64,000 bases of DNA, taken from the NCBI GenBank assembly GCA_964016885.1, contig OZ024743.1, forward strand, positions 266,910,001 through 266,974,000, in the 5' to 3' direction. A program made the position numbers and the translations under genes. Shown here piece after piece: positions 53,846 to 64,000 of this stretch. The stretch comes from Eledone cirrhosa (Eukaryota). The notes below the pieces were generated by a model, which made no database searches, had not been told where the DNA came from, and saw only the letters and a list, made by a program, of their open reading frames with translations. How positions within the stretch are numbered: the stretch's first letter is position 1; every line of letters starts with the position of its first letter.

Positions 53846-54756
53846 TGACATACATATACATGTGTTATATGCTTTTTTATGATTATATGTCTGTCTGTAT
53901 ATATGCATGAGTGACGCGTGTATACCAATTGAAGATGCACACACATATCTATTCATGTATAGCTAAGAACTATGGATGTGAATGTACAGGCTTACACATG
54001 CAGTTTTTGATAACTTAACAGCCATAAATGCATGAAAGTTAATCCTATATATTTATATATATATATACTAAAAACTTTTAATTTTTAATTAATAACACAT
54101 GGAATGTATGGCAAAAAATCACTTATGCTTTGTATATATATATTATGTGCGGGAGTAGATATAGTGTGTATTTTCTGAGTGAGTGTGTATATATATATAT
54201 TTATGTACCTTTGCCTATGTGTATGTAATATGCGATAGATAATCACTCTAGCAATATATATATTTTATAATGTTTAAATTCCAATTTTTAATATATTGAT
54301 CTCAATTTTAAACTAAATATCTAATCATAATTAAACAATGTGTAATTTCTCATATTATATATCTATATTCCATTCATGAATATTAATATTTCTAATTTTA
54401 TTTATGCTTTTCATCCCAATTGTTAACTCAACTTAATATGACATAACTTAAGGCTTTCGTTCTATCCCCCCCCCCTCTCTATATCTCTATATATCTCTCT
54501 CTGGATTTTTTTCTCTCTCTGATGGTTTGATATCTCCCCGTTATTTTTCCTCTGTTCTCTTTTTTTTTTGTTTTCTTCTTTTTCTTTATCTATCTCTCCC
54601 TTTCTTTTCTCCACGTTTCTCTCTCTCCATCTTTTTACTTACTCTTAACACTATGAATTAGTAAAGTAAACAAATCACTATCCTGATGGCCTCCAAAAAC
54701 AACGGTCAATTTTTAAAAGGGGTACTCAATGTTTATTTATAAAACTGTTATATATT

Positions 54757-54820
54757 GTATTTTGTCTGATGAAGGCATACCATAATGTAACTTGGTATCC
54801 TTGAAATATATATAATGAAA
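54757..54820 (+). ncRNA. Hammerhead-like motif in the pLTR (mirror copy at ~51712-51775, minus strand)
   Basis: CUGAUGA-AGG(c)AUACCA/uaauguaacu/UGGUAUCCU-U-GAAA-UAUAUAUA. Stem I is weak. Confidence 0.65.
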
Positions 54821-54862
54821 TAAATATGGTTCTATAAATATAGTTTCCATTTATTAATATCG

Positions 54863-54936
<74 letters not shown>

Positions 54937-54941
<5 letters not shown>

Positions 54942-55298
54942 CGTAGTTTAGAAAGCCACAACAATGCAGATGGGAAATCTCGAGGTAGGAAGTTGTGATG
55001 TCGTTAAAACGACATCACAACTTTCTCCGGCTTAGCCTGTCCACCCCCCCCCCTTTTTTGGGAACTTTCGCCCGTTGATGGGCGTTAGCCCTTAATATTG
55101 GGATTAAATCTCCACAAAGGTAACCCTTCTACCTTTGTTTTGTTTTCATCTTTGTCTCTCTCAATTTTCACTTTCTCCTATTTCTCCTATCTATCATTCA
55201 CTTCCTACCTCGAGATTTCCCATCTGCATTGTTGTGCCTTTCTAAACTACGTATTTTACACATTCCACAATGCTTCAAGCAAACTTTAACACCCTCTT
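54937..55298. mobile_element. Short (TA)n-flanked element with a 57 bp inverted terminal copy and a nested hairpin
   Basis: 54937-54993 mirrors 55201-55257. The hairpin aagttgtgatgtcg/ttaaaa/cgacatcacaactt sits at the junction. Confidence 0.75.
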
Positions 55299-55595
55299 AT
55301 ATATATATATATATATATATATAAACGGAAACAATGAAACGAAATTTCATTTCTCACTCTTAGTACGGCTGTTACTTAAATATAAGTATGTATACGTACA
55401 TACATATATGCATACAGACGTACAGTAGTATGTATATATATATATACATACATGCACATATATATATATATATGTACGTATGGATTTACCGAACATTTAT
55501 TATAATGCTCGGTGTGTTTGTAAACAAACATCACGAATTAAGCCGTACAGTGTCTAGCAACCATCGTTTCTCATTTGTTCAGCACTGACAAAGGA

Positions 55596-55638
55596 ACGCT
55601 GTACTAGTTTCAAGCTTATTAGCTATCGTCAGCAACGT
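55596..55638 (-). ncRNA. Type I minimal hammerhead ribozyme (family D, unit 1)
   Basis: ACGUUG-CUGACGA-UAGCUaauaAGCUU-GAAA-CUAG-UA-CAGCGU. Confidence 0.85.
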
Positions 55639-56029
55639 ATACCTTCCTGCCAGATGATTGAATGTCTGAAAGTATATACTTTCCTTATGCATATTAACGG
55701 CTGAGCAGCCTAATTTGCATATCGATTGAGTTAATCGGCCGGGCGCACAGAAAACGTTAAACGGAAAAAATGAAACGAAATTTCATTTCTCACTCTTAGT
55801 ACGGCTGTTACTTAAATATAAGTATGTATACGTACATACATATATGTATACAGACGTACAGCAGTATGTATATATATATATACATACATGCACACATATA
55901 TATATATGTACGTATGGATTTACCGAACATTTATTATAATGCTCGCTGTGTTTGTAAACAAACATCCCGAATTAAGCCATACAGTGTTTAGCAACCATCG
56001 TTGCTCTTTTGTTCAACACTGGCAAAGGA

Positions 56030-56072
56030 ACGCTGTACTAGTTTCAAGCTTATTAGCTATCGTCAGCAACGC
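56030..56072 (-). ncRNA. Type I minimal hammerhead ribozyme (family D, unit 2)
   Basis: Same core 434 nt from unit 1, with stem I GCGUUG/CAGCGU. Confidence 0.85.
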
Positions 56073-56257
56073 ATACCATCCTGCCAGATGATTGAACGTC
56101 TGAAAGTATATACTTTCCTTATGCACATTAACGGCTGAGTAGCCTAATTTGCATATCGAGTCAGTTAATCGGCCGGGCGCACCGAAAATGTTAAACGGAA
56201 AAAATGAAACGAAATTTCATTTCTCAGTCTTAGTTCAATCATCTGGCAGGAAGGTAT

Positions 56258-56300
56258 ACGTTGCTGACGATAGCTAATAAGCTTGAAACTATTACAGCAT
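56258..56300 (+). ncRNA. Hammerhead copy in the inverted arm (stem III CUAG mutated to CUAU)
   Basis: acgttg-ctgacga-tagctaataagctt-gaaa-ctat-ta-cagcat. Confidence 0.65.
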
Positions 56301-56498
56301 TCCTTTTTTCAGTGTTGAACAAAAGAGCAACGATGGTTGCTAAACACTGTATGGCTTAATTCGGGATGTTTGTTTACAAATACACCGAGCATTATAATAA
56401 ATGTTCGGTAAATCCATACGTACATATATATATGTGTGCATGTATATATATATACATACTACTGTACGTCTGTATACATATATATATATATATGTACG

Positions 56499-56534
<36 letters not shown>

Positions 56535-56777
56535 CAGGGAAAGGTGGAATTATACCGTCTGTCAAATGCATTTTTCTGTTTTTTATTCACCTCTTCACAT
56601 TGTAAGTTCAAATTTCTCAGTTGTCATATTCACAATATATGCCTTCCAATTTAAGAAAAATAGAGGCCGTCTTGGGTAGTGAAAGTTATTTTTCCCCCAT
56701 TCATTCCCTTATACTTTAACTTTTTCTCCATGATTATATCTATTTATATTTGCTTCATTATTCCCACTTTATAATCG

Positions 56778-56870
56778 TGTCCTTAATTGTAAGTTGTGAT
56801 GTTGCTGTTCCACTCATGTTTTCTATTTAATTTTGGTTGTAATTCTCTTATGTTTATTGCCTCAGAGGCA
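56778..56870 (-). repeat. Tiny copy of the 3' end of the 32.6 kb PLE ORF, capped by a mini-hairpin
   Basis: Matches 32632-32715 and ends tattgcctc-a-gaggcaata. Confidence 0.8.
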
Positions 56871-57010
56871 ATATATATATATATCTAAATCCAAAATTAC
56901 GATAAAATGAATTAAATGAAATTAATCTAAATCGAAATCATGGGTGTCATGTCATAATGCATGTGCCATATATCCTGGGAATTTAAGCTCAAAGATAAAT
57001 CTGAGCATAT

Positions 57011-57107
57011 TATAATAACTAGAGATTGATTAACATATAAATATACATGAATAATCACTGTGATTATTAATGTATATTTATATGTTAATCAACCTCTAGT
57101 TATTATA
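57011..57107. repeat. Fold-back palindrome (48 bp arms, 1 nt loop)
   Basis: tataataactagagattgattaacata..aataatcac-t-gtgattatt..tctagttattata. Confidence 0.85.
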
Positions 57108-58397
57108 TATATATATATATATATATGTCCCCCACCAACACCCCACTCTCCAGAGCGTGAAATTAATAAAAACATTCGTTGTACTGCCTCTCTGTTTTGT
57201 CCCTGTTCAAATTTTTCCATTATATATATATATATATATATATATTAATCTATATATTATAATCTTTAATCAAAGCTGGAGTTACTAACCGACCGGAGAC
57301 AAACCGTGCATTCCTGCAACAGAGAAACAAGGGTTCGTGTTAAAACTTTCGTCTGATTAAGAGTATTCTACATATACACCACATAATTATTTCAAATCCA
57401 AACACAGTGTCCGCAATAATACCTCAATGTTTATAATACAGCAATTCGAAACATTTTTCCAAAACTCATCCCAACTTTGGTAGTAATTTCACTGATCGCG
57501 GTGGCAGCTTAACTTAACGCATAGTAACTTAGATATATTATCAAGGGTTATTTAGTCCTATGTTTCGAAAATTCGTACTCAATACCAATTTATCAAAATG
57601 ATCTTAGAATATAAGAAAATATTCGAAATAAATGTTTTAGAAATAGCATTTATATTATATTAAGAGAAAAGCAAAATATATTACTTTATATATCGAAATC
57701 GGAAGGTGAAGTTGAGCTCGGCAGGACTTGAAATGAGAGAGGAGAGCATTTTAAGGCAAGCTCTAACAGTGCTGCCAATTCACCAGCTAGGTATAACGAG
57801 TAACATACGTTTATTCAAAATATACAAAAAGTAATAAACATACGAAGCATTCTCTGATCAGTAGGAAAGACATGAGATTGATATTGTATTGTGCTTTATT
57901 CTTGAACAAGACACTGTTTTTAACGTTGCTCCTGAATAATTCTAAATGTCAGCCTTATGAAACACTGCTACAGTGAATTTCACTGGGAACAATGTTAAGC
58001 GTGTACCTCTTTGTTGAATGATCAACAACTTGAACGTTAATTTCATTGATCGAAAAACTAGAACACTCGATGACGGAACCAAAGGAGGTCGAACATATCC
58101 AACAAAGTTTAATACTAATATAAAACAAACCACATCATCTGAATAAGATTTCTCCATTTAATGTATACGATATCGCAATGAATATTTGCAAAGGATTTTT
58201 CAATATATATTTACCTCCAAGATATTTTAGAATAACTGAGTTGATGGGCAGAATGGATCAATTACTTCCAATCCTAAACTTTTGCATTTAATGCTGTAAT
58301 CACTAACACAATTGACATGTGGCACCAAGGGAGAAATATAGCTGACGGCCAGTCGATAATAATCTAAATAGTAACGTATTCTCGCAGATACACACGC

Positions 58398-58503
<106 letters not shown>

Positions 58504-58950
58504 CATAAAATTCTAGGGAACTCAGACAGGAAAATATCTGTAAACAGCCGGCTGCGATGATGATGATGGCAATGAGTAGGATTAAACAAAACCCCTTAAT
58601 GAAAGGAAGAACTGTCAAAGAAGAAGATAAACAGAAAAAAGAGAGAGAGAATGTAAGGAATATAGCGTATAGCATGTGATCTCTCTCTCTCTCCCCATTG
58701 CATAATATGCTATACACACTATTCATTTTATTTTTTCTCTTTCTATTTTTCCTACGTTTTATTCTCTTTTTCTCTGACAGCCCTTCCCTTCATTAAGCGG
58801 GGTTGTTTAACAAGACTATTTGCTATGATCACCATAACAGCCGGCAATTTTATAGCTATTTCCACGTTCGAGTTCCATTCAATTTTATGAAATATTTAAA
58901 TACTCAACGCTCCATATAATTCAATATATATATATATATATATATATATA

Positions 58951-59820
58951 TTTCTGTGTCAGAAAAGTTCCAGGACTGATGTCACTAAAGATTTATTTCA
59001 AACCCAAACTTCACACTAAGTGTTTTCTCCTTCAAAGTAATCCCCTTGGAGTATGTAACTGTAATCTTAGCTCTCTGCAGCGATCAAACTTTTTTCTTCA
59101 TAATTTTATATACATGTCCTCTGTTTCAGTTCGTCAAGCAATGATCACAGAGCAACGAACGGTTGGGGAAAACTCCATCAGAAGCACTGTGATTGCTGCA
59201 GCAAGTGTATGGAGATGAGACGATGTCACACTCACGTGTTTTTGAATGGTGCAAGAGGTTTAAAGAAAGATGCGAGGACGTGGAAGATGACCCCAGGAGC
59301 GGAAGGCTCTCAACCACCAGGACTGAGGTCAACGTTGAGCGCGTCAGGTAGATGGTGCATAGTGATCGTCGGCTGATTGTTCGACTGATGGCAAATGAGC
59401 TGGGCATAAATCGGGACACTGAAGATTTGGACATGCGGAAAATCTGCGCGAAAATGGTTCCAAAACTGCTGAACAATGACCAGAAGGGTCGACGCATGCA
59501 AGTGTGCCAGGACATCCTCGAGCATCTTGCAACTGAACCAGATTTGTTAGGGACAGTCATCACCGGTGATGAGTCATGGATCTTCGAGTACGACCCGGAT
59601 GGGACCCGTTTTGAAGACGTGGACGACATCAAAAAGCCGTGACGACGGAACTGCGGAGGATGAATCCTTCCAGGTGTGCATGCAAGCGTGGCAGAAAAGA
59701 ATGGAAAAGTGCATTAGACTCCAGGAGGATTACTTTGAAGGAGAAAACTCTTAGCGTGAAGTTTGGGTTTCAAATAAATCTTTTGTGACATCAGTCCTGG
59801 AACTTTTCTGAGACACCTCG
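58951..59820 (+). mobile_element. Internally deleted mariner-family DNA transposon
   Basis: About 70 bp TIRs (tcagaaaagttccaggactgatgtcac..) with TA flanks. Transposase fragments EDDPRSGR.ST, MRKICAKMVPKLL, VITGDESWIFEYDP, WQKRMEKCI..EDYFE. Confidence 0.92.
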
Positions 59821-59841
59821 TATATATATATATATATATAT

Positions 59842-59934
<93 letters not shown>

Positions 59935-60009
59935 TCTGTCACTCTCTGAACACTTACCATTTCGCGGAGCAAACAAGACACGTGTACACTGTCTTTTAGA
60001 CAATAATAG

Positions 60010-60165
60010 TAATAATTGTTTCTACTTTTGGCACAAGGCCAGCAATTACTCAGTGCATTACTGATACTTTATTTTATCGAACCCGTAAGGATGAAAGGCA
60101 AAGTTAACCTCGGCGGGATTTGAACTCAGAAAGGCAAGGGCCGTAACTCTATGCGTCAGACCCTC
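60010..60165 (-). mobile_element. tRNA-derived SINE
   Basis: Reverse complement of the core and tail. Confidence 0.85.
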
Positions 60166-60194
60166 TTAATAATACTTATAAAAATAATAATTAG

Positions 60195-63100
60195 AAGAAG
60201 AAGAAGAAGAAGAAGAATGATTTCTTTATTGGCCACATGGGCTGACATCAAGAAAAACATCACAGACGGAACAGGACGGTACGATGTGGGTTTTGTGCGT
60301 GTAAATATTTTTATTATTTATATAAGAAAAGAAAAAAGACATAAAACACATATATATATAAACAATAAAATGAAAATTGAAACAATGAAAAATTCCCCAA
60401 TAGGGGGGAAACCTCCGAGGGTTACTCGTGGCGAAAATCACACAAAAGACCACGGCCACCCTGACTACCAGGGCAAGTGCCCTCTCTCAATTTTTCCATC
60501 TCTCAAACTACAGACGTATATTCAGAGTGGTCCCGTTCACTCGGACCATTCTCGCTACATTCACCCACCTTTCAACAAACTTGCTAGTAAGCAGCACTTG
60601 CCTCTCCACCCTGATTTTCCTCTTCAAGTGAAACTTGAAAAAGTTAAATAGGGATTCGCCGAAGAGGAAAGTGTTTGTCTTTAATCCTTTTAACCTTGTC
60701 CACCACACAATCTATTTCGCCATGGCCACCAGGCAGATGAAAACCACCTGCCCTTCCTCCTCAAAGGAAGACGGCGAGACCATCTGCAAAATGGACTCAG
60801 TCGACAACCGGATCAGTCCCACACGTGACAGCAACTTTTCGACATAGCTCCACAAGTCAGCAATGCTCGGGCACTGAACGAGTGCGTGCACAACGGTTTC
60901 GTCGCTATGCGCGCATCTCGGACAGGCTCGGCTGACGGCACTTCCGTGCCTGTAGAGTTTATCTCGAACCGGAAGCGGTCCCCGGTAGCACTGCCAGGCC
61001 AGGGATTTTAGGAAGTTATCCATAGGCCCCGGGTTGAAAGTTCTCCGGAAGAGTGCAAGCAGCTGATCTTCTTCGACGCCCAGGATCTCTCCGTGAACGT
61101 CGTCGCTCTTCCCCTCCACTAGTCCTCTATAGAACGCCGAGGTGGATGTTCCACCGATATTGGTGCTCAACTGGGAGAGGGCAGTGAGCGCCTGGAGACA
61201 TTCCACTTTCCAAGCGCTATCCCTCGGTCTTTTTCTGACCCAGGACTGCAGCTCCGTCAAGGAGACGAGCTGTGGGAAAATATGCCTGGCGAACGGCAAC
61301 CACACCCGTTCACCATCAAGGAAGCACCAGAGATGTCGCAGCCTCAGCGCATGTTTGCGCATCATCGGCCATGGCATGCCCAGTCCCCCACGCAAAGGGT
61401 GTTGACAGCAGATGGATCGTCTGACCATGGGAGCGCGTCCCTTCCACAAAAAGCGGAAGTAGAGGCGCTCCATTTTGGTGAGAGTTGGGATGGAGAAAGG
61501 GACGACGGTGAGGCGGTAGCAGATGACGGATGCGATGTACGCATTCGCCACTTCAGCCCGGCCATTCAGGGACAGCTTCCTCTCAGCCCATTTCTGGGCG
61601 AGGGAGGCCACCCTGCTCGTCACCTCGTTCCAGTTTTTCTTCATCTGGAGGTCCGGTCCGAATCAGACCCCGAGCAATTTAAGCGGTCCGTCCGCCAACG
61701 CCCCACGACGCTGTGGACGGCATGGACTTGCCTCTCCAGGTGCCTAGCTGCAAGCCCACCGACTTTTCCTGGTTTATCTTCGCTTCTGTCACCGTTTCGT
61801 ATTCCTTGAGAGCGGTGCAGAGCATCTGGACGTGTCTGGTGCTCGACACCACCACGGTGACCTCGTCCGCGTAAGCCGACTCGGATTTCCCTCATCCTAG
61901 TTCGCGTGGGACGCCCCTCATCGCCCCCAGTTTGTGCAGTAACGGCTCGAGAGCCAATACGTACAGGAGGGATGAGAGGGGACAACCCTGGCGGACTGAG
62001 CGCATGATGCTGAACGGCTGCGACAGGTGACCGTTCACCCTAACAACTGAGCAGATGTCGCTGTACATTGCTGCGATCCAACGCCTGAAAACGGGCCCGA
62101 AACCGGCTGCCTCGAGGACCGCCGCCAGGTACCGATGGTCGACCCTATCGAATGCTTTGGATTGATCCAAGTTGATCAGGGCCCCACCCTTGCCATGTTC
62201 CTTAACCACCCTCTCTATGATGTATCGCATGAGGTGGAGGTTGTAGTGTATGGATCTGTCCGGGATGGCGCATGTCTGCGCCTCTCCCACCAGACCCTTG
62301 ACGACAAGCGCCAACCTCGTTGCTAACACCTTGGCCAAAATCTTGAACTCTGCGGTTAGCAGAGTTATGGGCCTGAAATTATCAATAACATCCCCATTGT
62401 TCGGGTCTTTTCTCTGCAGCGCCACTGCTCCCCGTCTCACAAAACTAGGAATGCTCCCGTTCTGCTGCCAGTTGCAGTAGACGTCTGCCAATAGGTCACC
62501 GAACAAGTCTGGCATAAATGCATAAATCTCGTAGGGCAGACCATCTAAACCTGGCGATTTACCTCTTGTGCAGTTAGCCATCGCTTCCCGTATTTCACTG
62601 GCTGTTATTGGCTTTTCGCAACACTGTGCTGCGGTCGTCGAGAGCCGAGGCAGTCCGTCGAGGTATGCACTGAAGTCCATGTCCGGATCCGGGCCGCCGC
62701 CGCTCCAGAACAGTTCAGCAAAGTGCTGCTGAAAAGCTTCACACATCCGCTCGGGTTCGAGCATCACGCACCCGTTTTGGTCAGACAAAGACCGAATTGT
62801 GGCTACATTGCCACGTCGCGCCTCTGCCACCCGGGCCCTTTGGACGGCTTTTGTCCCCCCGTGTTTCAGAGCACGCGCTCTAGCTCTGACAACGCAGCCT
62901 TCGTGTTTTGCGTTGAAGAATTGGTCCAGTGCCAATCTCGCCGCAAGCACGTCGGTTGCGATGCCTGTCCTAAACGCCTCTTCTAGCTTTCTGACTAGCT
63001 CTCCCTCTACTCTATTTTCCTCTATCACTACTCCTTTGCTAAACCTAATCGACTCTACTTTAATTGCCCTTGTCAGGGCGAACCACCAGCTGTTGTTGAC

Positions 63101-64000
63101 GACCGCTCCCGTCAACGCCCGCTTAACTAGTACGCTAATCCGGTCTCTGTAGGCCTTGCGCGCCGGGAAAGAAGCGTTCAGCTTCCAGTAACCAGACCCG
63201 TGTCTATGAAGTCTGTCTATGTCGATCTCACAGATCACAAATTTGTGGTCTGTGTAGTCGACTATTTTAAATTGTGGACAACTTATACTAGCCTTATCTA
63301 GTTCCCTGCAGAATACCCTATCTATATACGATCTGGATGACCCGATGCGGTTTGTCCATGTCCACATTGGCACATAAGGGGGATCCAGTCGATACCTGTC
63401 AGACAGTTCAAAATGTCTGAGCAGGTTGGTGAGGCTCTTGTACCCTCCTCCCCTATCCACTAGCCCCACACGATCCCAGCGTGCATCCAAGATACCGTTC
63501 CAGTCGCCCACTAACAGTAAAGAGCGGGACGTTCCAAGAAAGGTCTTTAGACGTCTGAAGAAATCTGGCCGTCCTGCCCCTGTTGGGGCGTAGACGGCTA
63601 CTAGCCTGAAAGCATTGCCTTCGCTGCCGGTCACGTCCAGCACCACCGACTTACCTTCTGGGTCCAGGAAGATGCCCCGTATCGCGAGATCCAAGCCTCT
63701 CCGAATAATGACGGCAACCCCTCCCCCGATCCTGGACGGCTGGGAGATGCGTATACATCGTAGCCGCCGAAGATCGGGGCGAAGGCCCGTGCCTCGGAGA
63801 TTCTGGTTTCCCTGATGGCCACCACATCTATGTTTAGTGACCTGAGGTCATTGAGCAGGTGACCATGCTTCCAAGATGACCCCAGGCCACGTGCATTTAT
63901 ACTGCTTATTCTGAGTACAGCCATGTTGGATGAGAAACGGAGCAAATGAGAAAGGGTCACTTACCTTGTTCGTGTGGTGAAGGGACAGTAGAACCGTCCC
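60195..64000 (-). mobile_element. Tx1/L1-clade LINE (ORF2: APE endonuclease, RT, C-terminal CCHC), few frameshifts, continues beyond the window
   Basis: LRISSINARGL, LVGDWNG, YTDHK, GYWKLN, KSPGLDGLP, FRPITLL, LDQSKAFDRVDH, VRQGCPLS, AYAD.V, GGLGMP, CPRC..ETVVHALVQC. The 3' end is gtggccAATAAAgaaa plus (TTC)n. Confidence 0.93.

Larger units (their letters stand above)
51667..54865 (-). mobile_element. 5'-truncated PLE with a ~1.03 kb inverted pLTR duplication
   Basis: 51667-52701 is the reverse complement of 53843-54865. The spacer encodes the PLE endonuclease C-terminus. Confidence 0.88.
55322..56480 (-). mobile_element. Family D, locus 2: head-to-tail array of ~434 bp HHR-containing units plus an inverted partial unit (retrozyme-like)
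   Basis: Unit starts at 55322, 55758 and 56192. The inversion begins at about 56234, and the flanks are (TA)n. Confidence 0.92.

Overview
This is very AT-rich, microsatellite-dense eukaryotic DNA. The SINE family, piggyBac-like MITE and (TA)n load suggest an octopus or other cephalopod genome, which is an inference. I could not support any host protein-coding gene, and most track ORFs are microsatellite read-throughs. The window is a mosaic of mostly decayed mobile elements: several Penelope-like elements (PLEs), Tx1/L1, R4/Dong, RTE, RTE-X and HERO-like LINEs, an internally deleted Helitron, a mariner, a MITE and about 15 copies of one tRNA-derived SINE. The most notable signal is a set of at least 8 distinct short, mostly non-coding element families inserted in (TA)n tracts. 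Each carries a minimal type I hammerhead-ribozyme (HHR) fold, including U3-A8 core variants. They occur as head-to-tail multimers (about 434, 525, 698 and 197 bp units) and/or fold-back palindromes. This matches PLE pseudo-LTR or non-LTR retrozyme biology and predicts self-cleaving, possibly circular, RNAs. All folds and alignments were done by eye, and coordinates of degenerate elements are approximate.
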